64,000 nt of DNA from Cyanophora paradoxa CCMP329 (taxonomy: Eukaryota > Plantae > Glaucophyta), in contig QPMI01000098.1 in NCBI GenBank assembly GCA_004431415.1, positions 1 to 64,000 on the forward strand, in the 5' to 3' direction. Position numbers and translations under genes: made by a program. Below, in pieces: positions 37,001 through 49,357 of the stretch (the first letter of the stretch is position 1; each line of letters begins with the position of its first letter). The notes under the pieces are model-generated. The model was not told the origin of the DNA. It saw nothing but the letters and a program-made list of their open reading frames with translations, and did not search any database.

Positions 37001-40000
37001 AGGTCCGCCCCGAAGCCTCTGAGGGACGCGCGCCGCTGCGGGGCCCCGAGGACGAGTCCGGCTTCGCGGGGCCGGCTCGCTAGAGCGAGCGCTCCATCCC
37101 TCTCCTGCCGTCCGTCGCGCCCGCCTGCCCGCCTGCCTGCCGACCGGGCGGGGCCGGGGCCCCCCTGGCAGGTCGCACGCGCGGGAGTTCGCGATCAGCG
37201 GCTGCTGCGGGCGCGACGACGAGCTCGCCCGCGTGCGCCCTGCCTTAGGGCGGCGGGCCGAGCGCCAGCTGACGGGGCCCGGACAACGGCCGACAGGTGC
37301 GGCGGGCGCTGGCGGCGTTCGCCTCGGACCGCCGCCGCGGCTTCACGCTCGTCCTCGAGGGTACGCGAACGGGCGGGCGAACGCACGAACGTTCCCCCGC
37401 CCTCCGGCGCCCCGTCTGAGGCCAGCGCAGGGGAGGCCGGTATCGGCAAGAGCAGGCTACTGGCGGAGGCGCGCCCAGCCATCCCCGCCCGCCCCGCCCC
37501 GCCCCTCTCCCCCGCCTGAGCCGCCCCGGCAGGTGCGGCGGGAGTGCCGGGCACGGGACGCCGTCGTCCTCAGCGCCTTCGCCGACCTCGAGGCACGCCC
37601 TTCTTCTTCCCTCCTTTTATTCCTTTCTTCCTTCCTTCCTTCCTTTGAAGCTGAGGGCGGGCGCGGGGGCGCAGGGCTCGGCCCCGCTGGCGCCCCTGCG
37701 GCGGCTGCTGCGGGCGCTGGCCGGCGGCGCCGACGAGGCCTCCTTTGCCGTGCGCGCCCCGCCCCGCCCCGCCCGAAGGAAGGAAGCGCGCCGAAGCGGG
37801 AGAGCGAAACAACGCGCCCGCCCGCCCGCCCGCCGTCCGCCCTTCTCCCGCCCTGCCCCTGCCCGACGCGCCGGCGGCGGCGGCGCAGATGGGCCTGGTG
37901 GGGCGGGGCGTGCTGACGGCCGCCGAGGCGGAGGCGCTCTGGTCCTTCCCCGGCCCCGACGGTCCGCCCCGCCCCGCCCCGCCCCACTCGGTCCCGGGGC
38001 CTCCGAGAGCAGCGGCGTCCACATCCGGCCTCACGGGGCTAGAGAGCGGGCGCCGGCGCCGCCCCCGCCCGCCGTAGCTACGAGCGCTCTTGGGGGGCGC
38101 CGCGCGACGCCGAGCCCGCCTGTCGCCGCAGAGAGCAAGGGCGGCGCCGGCGGGGCGCCGGGGTCCCCCGGCAAGGGCCAGCAGGAGGGGTGAGCGAGGC
38201 CCCACGCATGCGCGCCGCGCCTGGTCGAGGCTGACGGGCGGGGCGCAGGGAGGGCCCCTCCTCGGTCTCGCCCAAGGCGGCCCCCGCGGGGCCGCCGCCC
38301 TCGCTGGGGATGTACGGGTCGGTCGTGGGGGCCGCCCACGTGCACCTCTCCCGCGTCGCCGCCGCCTTCGCGCGCCTCGTCGCCGCCCTCGAGGCCGGCG
38401 ACGTCCCCGCCCCGGCCCCGGCCCACGCCTCCGCCTCCTCCGCCTCCTCCGGGGCGCGCACGCCGCGGCGGCCGCGGCGCCTGCCGCGCCACGTCGCCCT
38501 CCTCGTCGAGGACGCCGACAGGTCCGCCCCTCCCCTTTCCTTTCCTTTCCTTTCCTTTCCTTCCCTCTCATTTCCTTTCCTTCCCTTGCTTTGCTCACTC
38601 CGCGCGCGCGCGCGCGCAGGCTGGACTCGCAGACGTGGTTCGTCCTCCAGACGCTCCGCGACGAGTGCCCCTCCCTCGCCGTGCGCCCGTACCCCCCGGC
38701 CCCGAGCCTCCCGCGCTGCACAAGAGAGAGAGAGCCACGGATACGTCTCTGACGCTCTCGTTCGCCCGGCAGCTGGCGCTGACGGTGCGGCCGATGGCGG
38801 ACCCGCCCCCGAGCCTCTCGCTGCTGGCGGGGCGGGCGGACCCGGCGCCCTCGCCGCCCCCCGTCGCCCCCGCCTCCTCCTCTTCGTCGCTGGGCCGGCT
38901 GGCCCCGGCCTCGGCCGCCGGCATCGAGTCGAGCTGGACGCCCCTCGCAACCCTGAAGGAGGAGTCGGACAGCTCGCCCTCGCCGGGCCCGCACCCGAAC
39001 TCGCCGGGGCTGGGGAGCCTGGAACTCCCCCCGCCCTCCTCCTCCTCGGGGCCCGCGCCCGCCAAGTACGACGTGCTGCACCTCCCCCTGGAGCCGCTGG
39101 AGCGGGGGGCGGCGCGCGAGCTCCTCGCCGGCCTCACCTCGAGCCTCGCCATCCGCTGGGCCCCCGTGCGCCCGCCCCGCCCGCGCTCTAGGCCCCGCCG
39201 GCCCGGCCCGAAGCCCCGGCGTCACCTTGGGGCGGGCAGGGCGTGGCGGAGGCGGTGCTGGAGGCGGCCGCCGGCCTCCCCCTCTACATCGTCGAGGCGG
39301 GCCCCGTCGCCCCCGCCCCTCGCCCCTCCCCTTAGCCGGGCGGGCGGGGCGCAGGTGTGCCGGATGGCGTGGTGCCGGGGCGGCGTGGCCCCCTCGGCGC
39401 TGCCCCGCACCGTCCAGGAGGTCGTCGCCGCGCACCTCGCCCAGCTCCCCGCCTCCGCCCAGGCGCGCCCCTGCTCAGGCTTAGGCTCAGGGACGGCTGA
39501 CCGGGGCGGCAGAGCGTGGCGCGGGTGGCGTCGGTCGTGGGCGCTGGCTTCGGCGTCGACGCCATCCGCGCCCTCGACCCCTCCCCGGACTCCACCGTCG
39601 CCAAGGTCCTTCTATCTTACTTTCTCCTAAGCTTCTAGCTGATTCAAATGTATTTCTTGTTAGGTGGTGGCGGCGTTCCTGCAGCTGCGGCGGGCGGGGA
39701 TCATCCGCGAGGACGCCGGGGCCGGGGCCGGGGGCGGGGAGCCGGAGGCGCCGGAGGGCTCCGGGGCCGAGGAGGAGCGCTGGCCCGGGGCGGGGGCCAC
39801 CTACTCCTTCTCACACGCCCTCGTCAAGGCCCGCCGCCCCGATGAGATATGAGGGAGCCGGCGCCTGACGGGGGCCGGGGCGGCGGGGCCGGGGTACAGG
39901 AGGCTGTGTACGAGTCGCTGGACGAGGAGCGCCGGCGCGACGTGCACGCGCGCTACGCCCACTGGCTCCGCGCCCGCCCCGGCGCCCTCCCCGACGCCGC

Positions 40001-43000
40001 CCCCGCCCCGTCCGCCCGTCCCCGCCCCCTCCCTTCCTTCCTTGCTTCCCGCTGACGGGGCAGGCAGGTCCGGGGCGTCCGTGCAGAGCGGCTCCTCGTG
40101 GGGCGCTGCCGGCGGGGCGGAGGGCGGGGCGGGCGAGGGCGCCTCGGTCTCCCTGCTCGCCCTCCACCTCTGCCTCGCCGGCGACTTCGGCGCCGCCGCC
40201 CACTACCTCCAGGCCCGCCCCGCCCGCCCCGCCCGGCACGGCACGGCACGGCGGGCGCTGACGGGGCCCGGCGGAGCGCAGATCGCGGCGGAGCGCGCCC
40301 TCAAATCCGTCGCCGTCTCCGAGGCCCGCCCCGCCCGCCCCCGCCCCGCCCCGCCCCAGCGCCCAGGCTGATGGTGTGCGCAGGCGCGGAGGACGCTCGC
40401 GGAGATCGTCGTCGTGATCGACGTGCTCGAGCTCGCCGGGCCCGCCAGGTGGGACCCGGCCGTCCCCAGCCGCCCGGCCCGCGGCCCGCCGCCTCCTGAC
40501 GGTCTGGGCAGCCCGCCGCTGCCCGAGGAGCTGCGCGCCGCCTCGCTGCAGCTCTCCGGTGTTCGCACCTTCCGCGCCCTCTCCGCCGCCGCCTCCTCCT
40601 CGCGCCCCAAGCCGGCCCACCCCTCCGCCTCCGCCTCCGCCTCCGCCTCCGCCTCGTCGCTGGAGTTCGAGTCGGCGGAGGGGCGGGCGCGGTGGCGGGC
40701 GACGCGGCTGCGGGCGCTGCGCAGCTGGGCCTTCCTCGAGTACGACTTCGGGCGCGTCGAGGTCGCCACCAAGATCGCCGTGCGCCCGCCCCGGCCCCGG
40801 GCCCCGGGCCCCGCCCCGCGGACATGAAAGAGCATGGGATAAGGGACCGGCGCCGACGCCGCGGCTGGAAGCTAGGGGCGCGTGGGGCCGGCCCGCCGAC
40901 GCCGGCCCGCCGCAGAGTGTGGTCCTCGAGAGTCTCGGGGAGGCGGTCGACTGGCGGCCCCTCACCCCCTTCCGCAAGATCGGCGCGCCCCGCTCCATCC
41001 CCCCGGCCCCGCCCCCTCCTTACGCGCCTGCCCGCCCCGCCCAGGCCTGGTCTTCCGCGCGCTGCGGATCGTGCGGGCCCTTAGGAGGCGGGTGCCCCCG
41101 CCGGCGCCCCCGCCCACGGCCGCCTCGCTCGCGGCGGCCTCGGCCCGGGCGGCGACGGCGCGCAAGCTCGCCGAGAGCCGCGAGTCGGAGCCCGACGCGC
41201 GCTCCTCGACGGACGACGGGTCCGCCCCGCCTCGCCCGCGCCCCGCCCGCCCCGCGCCCTCACGCCCTCGCCAGGCGCCGCTCGGTGCAGTCGGCGTCGC
41301 CGGAGCCGTCCTCCTCCTCCGCCGGGCTGCTGCGGCCGCCGCCGGGGGGGGCGGGCGCGCCGGAGGAGGACGAGGCCTCGATCGCCGTCAGCGCCCTCGT
41401 CCTCGTCGCCTGGCGCGCCCCGCCCCGCCCCGATGGATTGACGCCCCCCGCGCTCCGCTGACGCCTCCTCCGGGGCGGCAGGTGCGCGACGAAGCGGCTG
41501 CAGGGGGGCCGCCGCGACGAGACCCTCGCCGCCGGCGTCCTCTCCTCCTTCCGCGCCGCCGAGCTCACCGCCGCCCGCCGGTGCGCGGCCCGGTCCCTCC
41601 GCCACCGGGCGCGCTGACGGCGGGCGCGCGCGCGCGCGCGCTTGCGCAGGGCGGCGGGCCTGCCGATGGGCCTCGCGCACGTCCGCGCCTGCTGCAACTT
41701 CTCCACCGCGCTCTACCGTCCGCGCCCCCGGCCCCGGCCCGAGCTGAGCGGAGCGGAGCGGGGCTGAGATGAGCGGGGCGGGGGCAGTGGCGGGGCTGCA
41801 GGGGGCGGCCCGCGAGGCGCTGGACGCGGCGGCGGACATCGGCGAGCACCTCACCGCCGGCACCGTCAGCTCGGTCAACGCGCGTGCCCCGCCCCTTTCG
41901 CGCCCGCCCCCGCCGGCGCCGAACCCGGCGCGCAGTCGCGCGGGTCGGTGCTCACGATGCGCGGGCTCCAAGCCGCCCTCCGCGGGGAGTGCGCCGGCCC
42001 CGCCCCGCGCGGGCCACAGACGCCTCACCGGGGCTGACGGCTGGGCCCAGGCTGGCGGAGGCGTCGGAGCTCTTCGGGCGTTCGCTCAGCATCCACGCCG
42101 ACGGCGGCGTCCACCCCGTCCGCCCCGCCCCGCCCCGCCCCGCCCCGCCCCGCCCCTAGCTGTAGCGAAGGAGCTAGGCGCCTCGGCTCGGGGCGAGGGG
42201 GGGGGCGGGCCCCTCCCCGAAGCGAGCGCCGCCGGCGGCGGCCGTGTCCGACCTGAGACGCGCCCCCCGCCCCGCCCCCTCGCAGCTGGAGGCGACGGCG
42301 TCGAGCTGCATCCTGCACCTCCTCCTCGGGCGCTTCGGCGACGCCGAGGAGCTCGCCCGTCGCTCCCTCGCCCTAATGGCCAAGGCCCGGCCCTTCTGAG
42401 CCGTTCTGAGCCGTTCTGAGCGCCCGTCTGAGCTTCTCCGGGCAGGTCGGGGGCCGGGGCTTCGGGGCGGTGGCCTACCAGGTGGCCTGCGGCTTCGCGG
42501 CGCTGCTGACGGGGCGCCCCCACGAGGCGGAGCGGCACGCCGCCGAGGGCCCCGCCGGCCCCGAGGGCGTCGACTCCTGGATGCAGTCCTCCCTCCAGGT
42601 ACCCCCCGCCCCGGCCCTTGTACCAGGGCGGGCTTCCCTGACGCCGGCGGGGCGGGGCCCGGGCCAGTTCGTGCGGGGGATCGCGCGGTGGCAGCTGCGG
42701 GGCGACCCGGCGGCCGTCGCCGAGGCCTCCCGGGCCTTCCTCGACAAGGCCCGCCCCCTCCCGCCCCTTCGTTCCGCTCTCTCCTCACGCCGCGCGCGCA
42801 GTGGCGCAACGACACCGGCTCGACCAACTGGCTCGCCATCCGTGCGCATCCCCCGCCTCCCTCTTCTTCCGGCCTGCGGCCCTGACTCCGCCCGGCCGCC
42901 CGCTCAGTGGCGGTCTTCTGCACGGTCGAGTACGTGCAGTGGGCGGAGGCGGAGGCGTACGCCCGGCTGGGGGCCCCCGACGGCGGCGGCGGCGGCGGCG

Positions 43001-43346
43001 GCCTCTCGTGCGGCGGGCGGCAGCGCCGCGTCGTGAACGTTAACGCGGCCGGCGCGGACGGGGCCGGGGAGGACCCGGCGGAGGCGTACCGGCGGGCGGC
43101 GGCGCTGGGGCGGGAAACCGTGCGGGCGCTGCAGGAGACGCGCCGCAAGCGCCTCACGTTCCTGGCGCCCTTCTGCACCCTGGCGGCCGGCTCGCTGCCG
43201 GGCCTGCCCCCGGCCCGGGCCGCGCGCGTCCTGCAGGAGGCCCGCGCCGGCTTCGAGCGCGCAGGCATGCGTCCCTTCGCGGCGCTCGCCGGGCTGCGGC
43301 TCTGGCGGGCGGAGCTGGCGCGGGGCCGCGCGGGGCCGGCGGAGGA

Positions 43347-43377
<31 letters not shown>

Positions 43378-43512
43378 GAGATCGGCCTTCGCATCCCCGC
43401 GCTGGACCGCCTGCGCGCCGCGTTGGAGGCCGGCCCCCGCCCCCAGGGCCAGGGCCCGGGCCCAGGCCCCGCCGGCCCCGCGCCCCGCACCTTCGTCTCC
43501 ATGTGGGTCTGA
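34070..43512 (+). CDS. Soluble adenylyl cyclase (ADCY10)-like protein: two degenerate class III cyclase domains, STAND P-loop NTPase, helical/TPR-like C-terminus
   Basis: C1: GAVLMVD, HGLDLLELHGGA, LLYAGDA...GEIILSPEA. C2: FGGYVAPLASDDR, LWFGI, AERAVRAA, VFWGAVGPACRRSFALVGDAVALAARLMESA. Walker A LEGEAGIGKSRLLAE; Walker B VALLVEDADRLDSQTW; LPLEPLE; AAGLPLYI; YSFSHALVKEAVYESL; ends FVSMWV*. Confidence 0.78.
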
Positions 43513-44041
43513 GGGACCGATTCCGCACGCGGCCCCGCGCGCGCCAGTCATTGTAAGTAGGGTAGAGATACTCAGCGACTATGAAAGAACAAGATGCCAA
43601 CAAGAGGCGCGCGTTTCGGAATTCGAATTCGAAGCTTAAAGGCGAACTTGAAGAGAAGGCCAGGCGAGTTTTCGAAGGGCTTCGAGCTGACGTACACAGT
43701 CACGTACACGTGCACGTGCGCGGTCTGCTTCACTGATCATGAGTCAAGGCGTGCTGCTCGGAATTCGACGTCGAAGCATACGCGTAGCCACCGAATTCGA
43801 ATCATTCGAATTCGAAGCCTTGAAGGATCAGACCTCGATCCAGGTTGGCAAAAAGCATTGAATTTGAAGGCATGCACAACAAGACTGTAGATGTTGGACT
43901 ATTACTAGGACTGCTTGCGCGCGATCAGCTGAGCCCCCGCGCGAAACAGGAGAATTTCGGAATAAGTTAGCTACATGTACATATGTAGGCAAGGGAAAAA
44001 ACAATTCTATCCTGGCATAATTTTGACACAGGCTTCGTAAT

Positions 44042-47000
44042 TCATCGACTGATCGCTGGAAACGAGCTCGAGAGCGGATCCGCACGAGCTGGAGCAGGAC
44101 TAGCTATAGGGGGTCCGAAGGAGCCCGGCGGGCGGGGCCGGGAGCGGAGGGGCGGGCCCGTCTCGGCCCGAGGGTGTCCCGTTGACGTCGACGTCTCGTG
44201 AGGCGAATCGGGCTCGCAGGCAAGAATGGGGGGCGTGGAGCATCCGGAGGCGTGGGAGACGTTGGCTCGCCCCGAGCGCGCATCGACGCTGAGGCCGAGG
44301 GTCGAGAGGGGCGAGTCGCTGCGTTGATCAGGGGGAGTCGACTGACTAGGCCCATGGCCAGGGGACCCGGAACCCCCGCCTAACGGGGCCCGGGACGATA
44401 GGTCTTCCCGCAGGATGGGGGCGGCCGGCGACCTGCAAGGCGCTCGGATCGACATCGAGCCGCGCGGAGAGCGGGGTACGGGAATCGCGCGCACTGGCCC
44501 GTGGCCCGACCCGTGCTCGGGCTCGCGAGGCCTCTGGCGGTGGGGCTGATCATGAAGGCGGTCGCGCCGGCCGCGGGCAGCGGGGCGCCGGCGGCGATGG
44601 CGATCGCGAGGCGCAGCGTCGCGGCGACCGCGGCCTCGCGGGCGCCGGCGGCCAGCGGCGGGAGCGGCGGCGGCGGAGGGATCGGGAAAGGGAGAGGCGC
44701 CAGCGGGGGCGCTGGAGCCGGGCTCAAGCGTAAGGGGCTCGCTATGTACATCGGCTGCTGCATCAGGTGGGGCGGCACGCCCGGGATAGGGGGAGGGGCG
44801 GCTGCAGCGATCGCGAGGGCGGACGATAGGGCGCTGGATGAGGAGGAGCGGAGGGGAGCGACCGGGGCCGGCGGAGGCACGGCTGCGAAGCTCGCGTTCA
44901 GCGGGACGAGCAGAGGGGGCGCCAGTCCCAGGGCCGAGCTGCCGGCGGGAGAGCGCGGGAGGGCGGAGAGGAGGGCGCTGCTCCCCGCGGGCGGAGGCAG
45001 GGGCGGCTCGGCGGAGCCGGCGGGCGCGCGGGGAGCCGGGGTCGGCGGGGCGCGGGGAGGGGTGCCCCACCGCTGGAAGCTCTGGGAGCGGGAGAGGCCG
45101 CGGACGACGCGGGCGGGGGGGAAGTCCCCCAGCGTCGAGAGCGAGCGGGGGAGCCCGGGGGTCCGGGGGGGATCCGGCAGGGCCGCGGAGGAGGGGAGCG
45201 GCGCCGGGGCCGGCCGCGGCGCCGCAGCAGATCTAGAGTCGGTGGCGAGAGGGCTCTGGGGCGGGGGCGCGGAGCGCGATCGCGAGAGCTGCAGGCCGAC
45301 GCCGGCGCCCGAGTCCCCCTCCTCCTCCTCCTCCTCCTCGTGCGCGTTGGAGGGGCGCGCAAGGCCCGACGAGCGCGCCTGGCGCCGCAGCTCCTGCGAC
45401 GGGGCCGCGATCGGAGTCGGGGTCGGCTGCGGAGAGGCGCGCGGGCGCGCGGGCGGCGGGCGCAGGCGGCGGGCGCACGGAGAAGAAGCCCTCCCCCAAG
45501 GCGACCGTCTTGGACTTGAAGGGGCGGGAGAGGGGCCGCGCGCCCGCCCCCTCGCCCTCGTCCAGCTGGAAGGAGACCGAGCCCCTGAGCGCGCCCGGAC
45601 GCGCCGCCTGCGCATGTTCCGAGCCGGGGCCCGGGCCGAAGGAGACCCCAAAGCCGCCAAAGCGGACGGTCGGCGTCGGCGCCGGCGTCGGCGCCGGCGT
45701 CGGATCGGTCGGAGGGCGCAGCTGCAGGGAGCGGGACGGGGAGCGGGGTGCCGGGCCCGCCCTGCAGGCGTCGCGGCTAAGGGAGGAACGCACGTGCGCG
45801 CTGTCCCTCAGCTGCGCGAGGTTCGGCCCGCGCCGACTCTGCGCGCGCGCGCCGTCACGCCTCAGAAGGCGCGCGCTTCGTAAGGGGAAGTACGTATATG
45901 TGCGCGCGAACCGCCGTAGGGGAGGAGCTGGCGGGTGGGGAATCTGGGCCGGCGGCCGCGGGGGGCGGGGCGGGGCCCTCCCTCCCCTGGTCGCCGTCGG
46001 GGGCCGGGGGCTGCAGCTGGTCGAGGAGCGGGGTGGACGTGGGCCGCCGGACCATGCTCCGGCTCCGCAGGGGGCCCGGCGCCCGCTGCGTCACGTCGCC
46101 GGAGGCCTCGAGCTCCAGCCGCCTCCGCGCAGTCTGCCCTCCGCCCTGCCCTCGGCGTGAGCTTTGAGGAGGAGGAGGGGAAGGGGGGAAGGGGGGGAAG
46201 GGGGGGGAGGGGGGGAGGGGGGGGGACGCAGAAGGAAGGCCGGATCTCTGGAGAGCTCGAGCTCGCAGTCTCGAGAAGGGCACCTGGGAGCTTGAGAGCT
46301 AGAGAGCTAGAGAGCTACAGAGCTAGGATCTCTAGAGAGAGCTCGGGGACTTCGAGAAGGATCCGGAATCTCTTTCGGCTTGCGGCACGGCTGCATCTCT
46401 AGATCTAGATCTAGAGAGCTCGAGCTCGCAGTCTCGAGAAGGGCACCTGGGAGCTTGAGAGCTAGAGAGCTAGAGAGCTACAGAGCTAGGATCTCTAGAG
46501 AGAGCTCGGGGACTTCGAGAAGGATCCGGAATCTCTTTCGGCTTGCGGCACGGCTGCATCTCTAGATCTAGATCTAGAGAGCTCGAGCTCGCAGTCTCGA
46601 GAAGGGCACCTGCTCTAGACCTCCGGATCCGCCGCGCGTCGACGGCCTCTCGACCGCTCTCGGAGTCGGAGAGGCCCCTCCGAGGCCCAGGCCCGCGGCT
46701 TCTGGATCCAGATCCGTTTTGGGGGCCCGCTCCCCTCGGATCTCCAGGCCTAGGGCCTGCGGACCGCCTCAGCGGCGCGCGGGGGGGAAGAGCTTCGGTC
46801 CAGATCGGGGGAACGGTCGCCCACCCGGCGGGCGAGCTCCCCGACGGCGTCCAGCTCGCGATCGCACTCGCGTTCTCTGCTCTCGCCAGCGCCGTGCCCA
46901 GCGGTCTGGAGAGGCCGCGGTACGGTTGAGCTTCCGGCGAGCGCGGCGGCGGAGGCTCCACGTATACGTACAGGCGCCGTGAAAGGGAGGAGGGCCGCGC

Positions 47001-49357
47001 GGGCCGCCTCCGAGAGGACCCGCCCCCCGTGCTCCCCTGGAGACCATATCAGAACTCGAAAAGCCGTCTGACAGGGGAGGAGGTCCAGGTCCAGGGGCGG
47101 GGCGGCGGACCGCTGGTGGCGAGGGAGGCGAGCGCGAGGGCGGCCCCGCGGCGCGCGTCGCGGCCCCCCGCGGCGCAGCCGTCGACGAGGGCGGGGCCGA
47201 GGTGCGCGATCTTGCCGAGCGAGGCGGCTGCGCGCGAGCTCTTGCGGTCAGCGAGACCTCACACTTGAGATGAGAGCGCACGGTGGTTGCCCGCGATGCG
47301 GCCGAGCGCGAGGAGCGCGAACGCCCGCCGCTCCCCGTCGGGCTCCTGTACATGCGCGCCGGCGCCGACCATGAGCTCGAGCGATCGTTCTCCGGCTCGA
47401 GCATTACGAGGCCAGACCTGGAGGGACGGCTCGAGGGCTCGGAGGACGCCCGCGCCGAAGAGCTCCCGGCACGCCTCTCCTGGAAGTTCGAAGATCAAAT
47501 TTGAGGTTTGAAATTCTTTGAAGGCTCGGGGGCTCCGATCAAATCATGAGCAAGGAACTCGAAGGCCCAAGACTATAGCTATCCGGGAGGCGCACGGGAG
47601 GCGGCGAGGTTGCTCGCGATCTCGAGGCCCAGGAGCTGCGGGAAGGGTCTGAGTTCAAAGGCGAGATCTAGAGACAAGCTCAAGTACGGATTTAATCTGC
47701 TCTGTAACTGTGGCCCACCGATAGCTCGTCGTGGGGATGAAGGCACAACTCGACGACAACCTTAGGCCCCGTCACCGCTCAGTCGCAATTGTTCGGCGAT
47801 CTTCGAGTCTCAATCAGGATAGAAACGCGCGCCTTGGCCATTCCCGCCTGGAGCAGCGCGTCGAACGTCTCAGCGAACTGCGACACGCGAGCGTTCAGAG
47901 GTCGTGACCATCGATGTCCGATCGCGAGCGGAGAATTTCGAAAGGCCGGGGCGTATGCGCACGCGGGAGCAGTTGCGGAGACAGGCGGCGGGCCCGACGC
48001 GGAACTCGTTGTTCGAAAAGGGGTTCGAGAGGGCTTTCACGAGCGCCTGCGGGCGCCCGCGGCCGGCCGCGTTCAAAATTAAAATTTAAGCGAAGGGGGC
48101 ATGATCATGATCAGGGTCCGGCGCCGCGCGGACCCCTCCAAAGCACTCCTGTTGAACCCACTTGACGGCAACGGGCCCTGCACCCTCGAGCTCGGTGTTG
48201 GCATGGAAACGGGGGTACGGAATTGCGAAGGGGGGTACTCGCGCACGGCTCGCGGAGGCGGCCTGCAGCAGGGCGAAGAGGGCGCCCTGTACCCCCAGGT
48301 CGCTCTGGTCGACCTGTACCCCGTTCTCTAGTTAGCTACCGGGCGAGGAAAGCTGCGCTCATGATCATGTCTAGAGCGAGTGTCTCGCGATCGGAATCGG
48401 GATCGGACCGCGAGCACGAGGAGGGCGTCGAGGGAGGAGGCGTCCGCCAGCGCAGAGGCCGCCGGCGCTGCGCGGGGGCCGGGCCGGGGCCGGGCCGGGG
48501 CCGGGCCGGGGCCGATCGCGGTCAGGAGGGACGGCGGAAGCGCACGTGCACGGGACCCCGACCCACCGCAGTCCAGGCAGACTGAGCCCGGCGCGGTGTG
48601 TGAGGAGGGGGCGCAAGAGCTGCCGGGCCGGGGCGCATGCGCATGCGCACTGGCGGCGAGGGCGCGGAGGGCGAGGCGGCGGGAGGCGGCGAAGCGGGCC
48701 CGCTGGGCGACGGAGACCAGGCGGGGGACGGCACCCAGGCGGACGAGCTCCATGCTCAAGAAAGCTGCCGGGGAGGATTACAGTTGCGATCAGCGGCGGC
48801 CATAGAAAGCTCGCGATCGCGCGCGTTGAGAGCTCGAGATCTAGATCGAGGCGCGCACGGTTGCAGGCGGCGTCCGCCAGCCTTTGGAGGGCCGTCGCCT
48901 GGTGCTCGACGGAGGGCGCCCCCTCTGCCCCCCGCAGGGCCTCCGCCAGCTCTCGGTACCCGCCCTCCGCGTCCGCCTTGCTTGCTGAGAGGGAGGCCAG
49001 GAGGGGCGGCCAGGGGTCCGCGGCCGCCCCGGCGGGCCGGCGGCGGGGCCCGATGACCCTGAAGTAGCGACCAGGTGTACGTGTTCTCTGGGACGAGACC
49101 CAGAGCGCGAGGGCTGCGAGGGAGCGGCGGAGCCTTAACTTGCGCCAGAACTGCTGCAGGGTCCTCGCCGCCGCCGCTCTCATCGCGCCGTTCGTCGACC
49201 CGTTTGCGTACGCCCCCGCCGCAGCGCTGCTTGGCAGGAACATACCTGCAGGCTGATCAGAGATGGCACATGACCAATACTACTGACTAGTACTGCAGGA
49301 TGTGAAGCGAGAGCGTCGCGCACTGCTCAATGTGACTGGCGAGCGATCGGAGGCCAT
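44042..49357 (-). CDS. IQ-motif/armadillo-like repeat protein with a long Pro/Ser-rich disordered C-terminus
   Basis: IQ-like AAARTLQQFWRKLRLRR. ARM-like helices ELVRLGAVPRLVSVA, ELFGAGVLRALEPSL, AFALLALGRIAG, HLGPALVD...AALALASLA. Last exon ends ...FPAISR* at 44042. The start is uncertain. Confidence 0.55.
46251..46612. repeat. Perfect 163-bp tandem duplication (about 2.2 copies) inside the IQ/ARM gene
   Basis: Identical units at 46284-46446 and 46447-46609, plus a partial third copy. Confidence 0.92.

Noticed and set aside
46251-46612. Repeats considered as a CRISPR-like array (also 11284-11765)
   Set aside because: Contiguous tandem copies without unique spacers, in a eukaryotic context with no cas genes.
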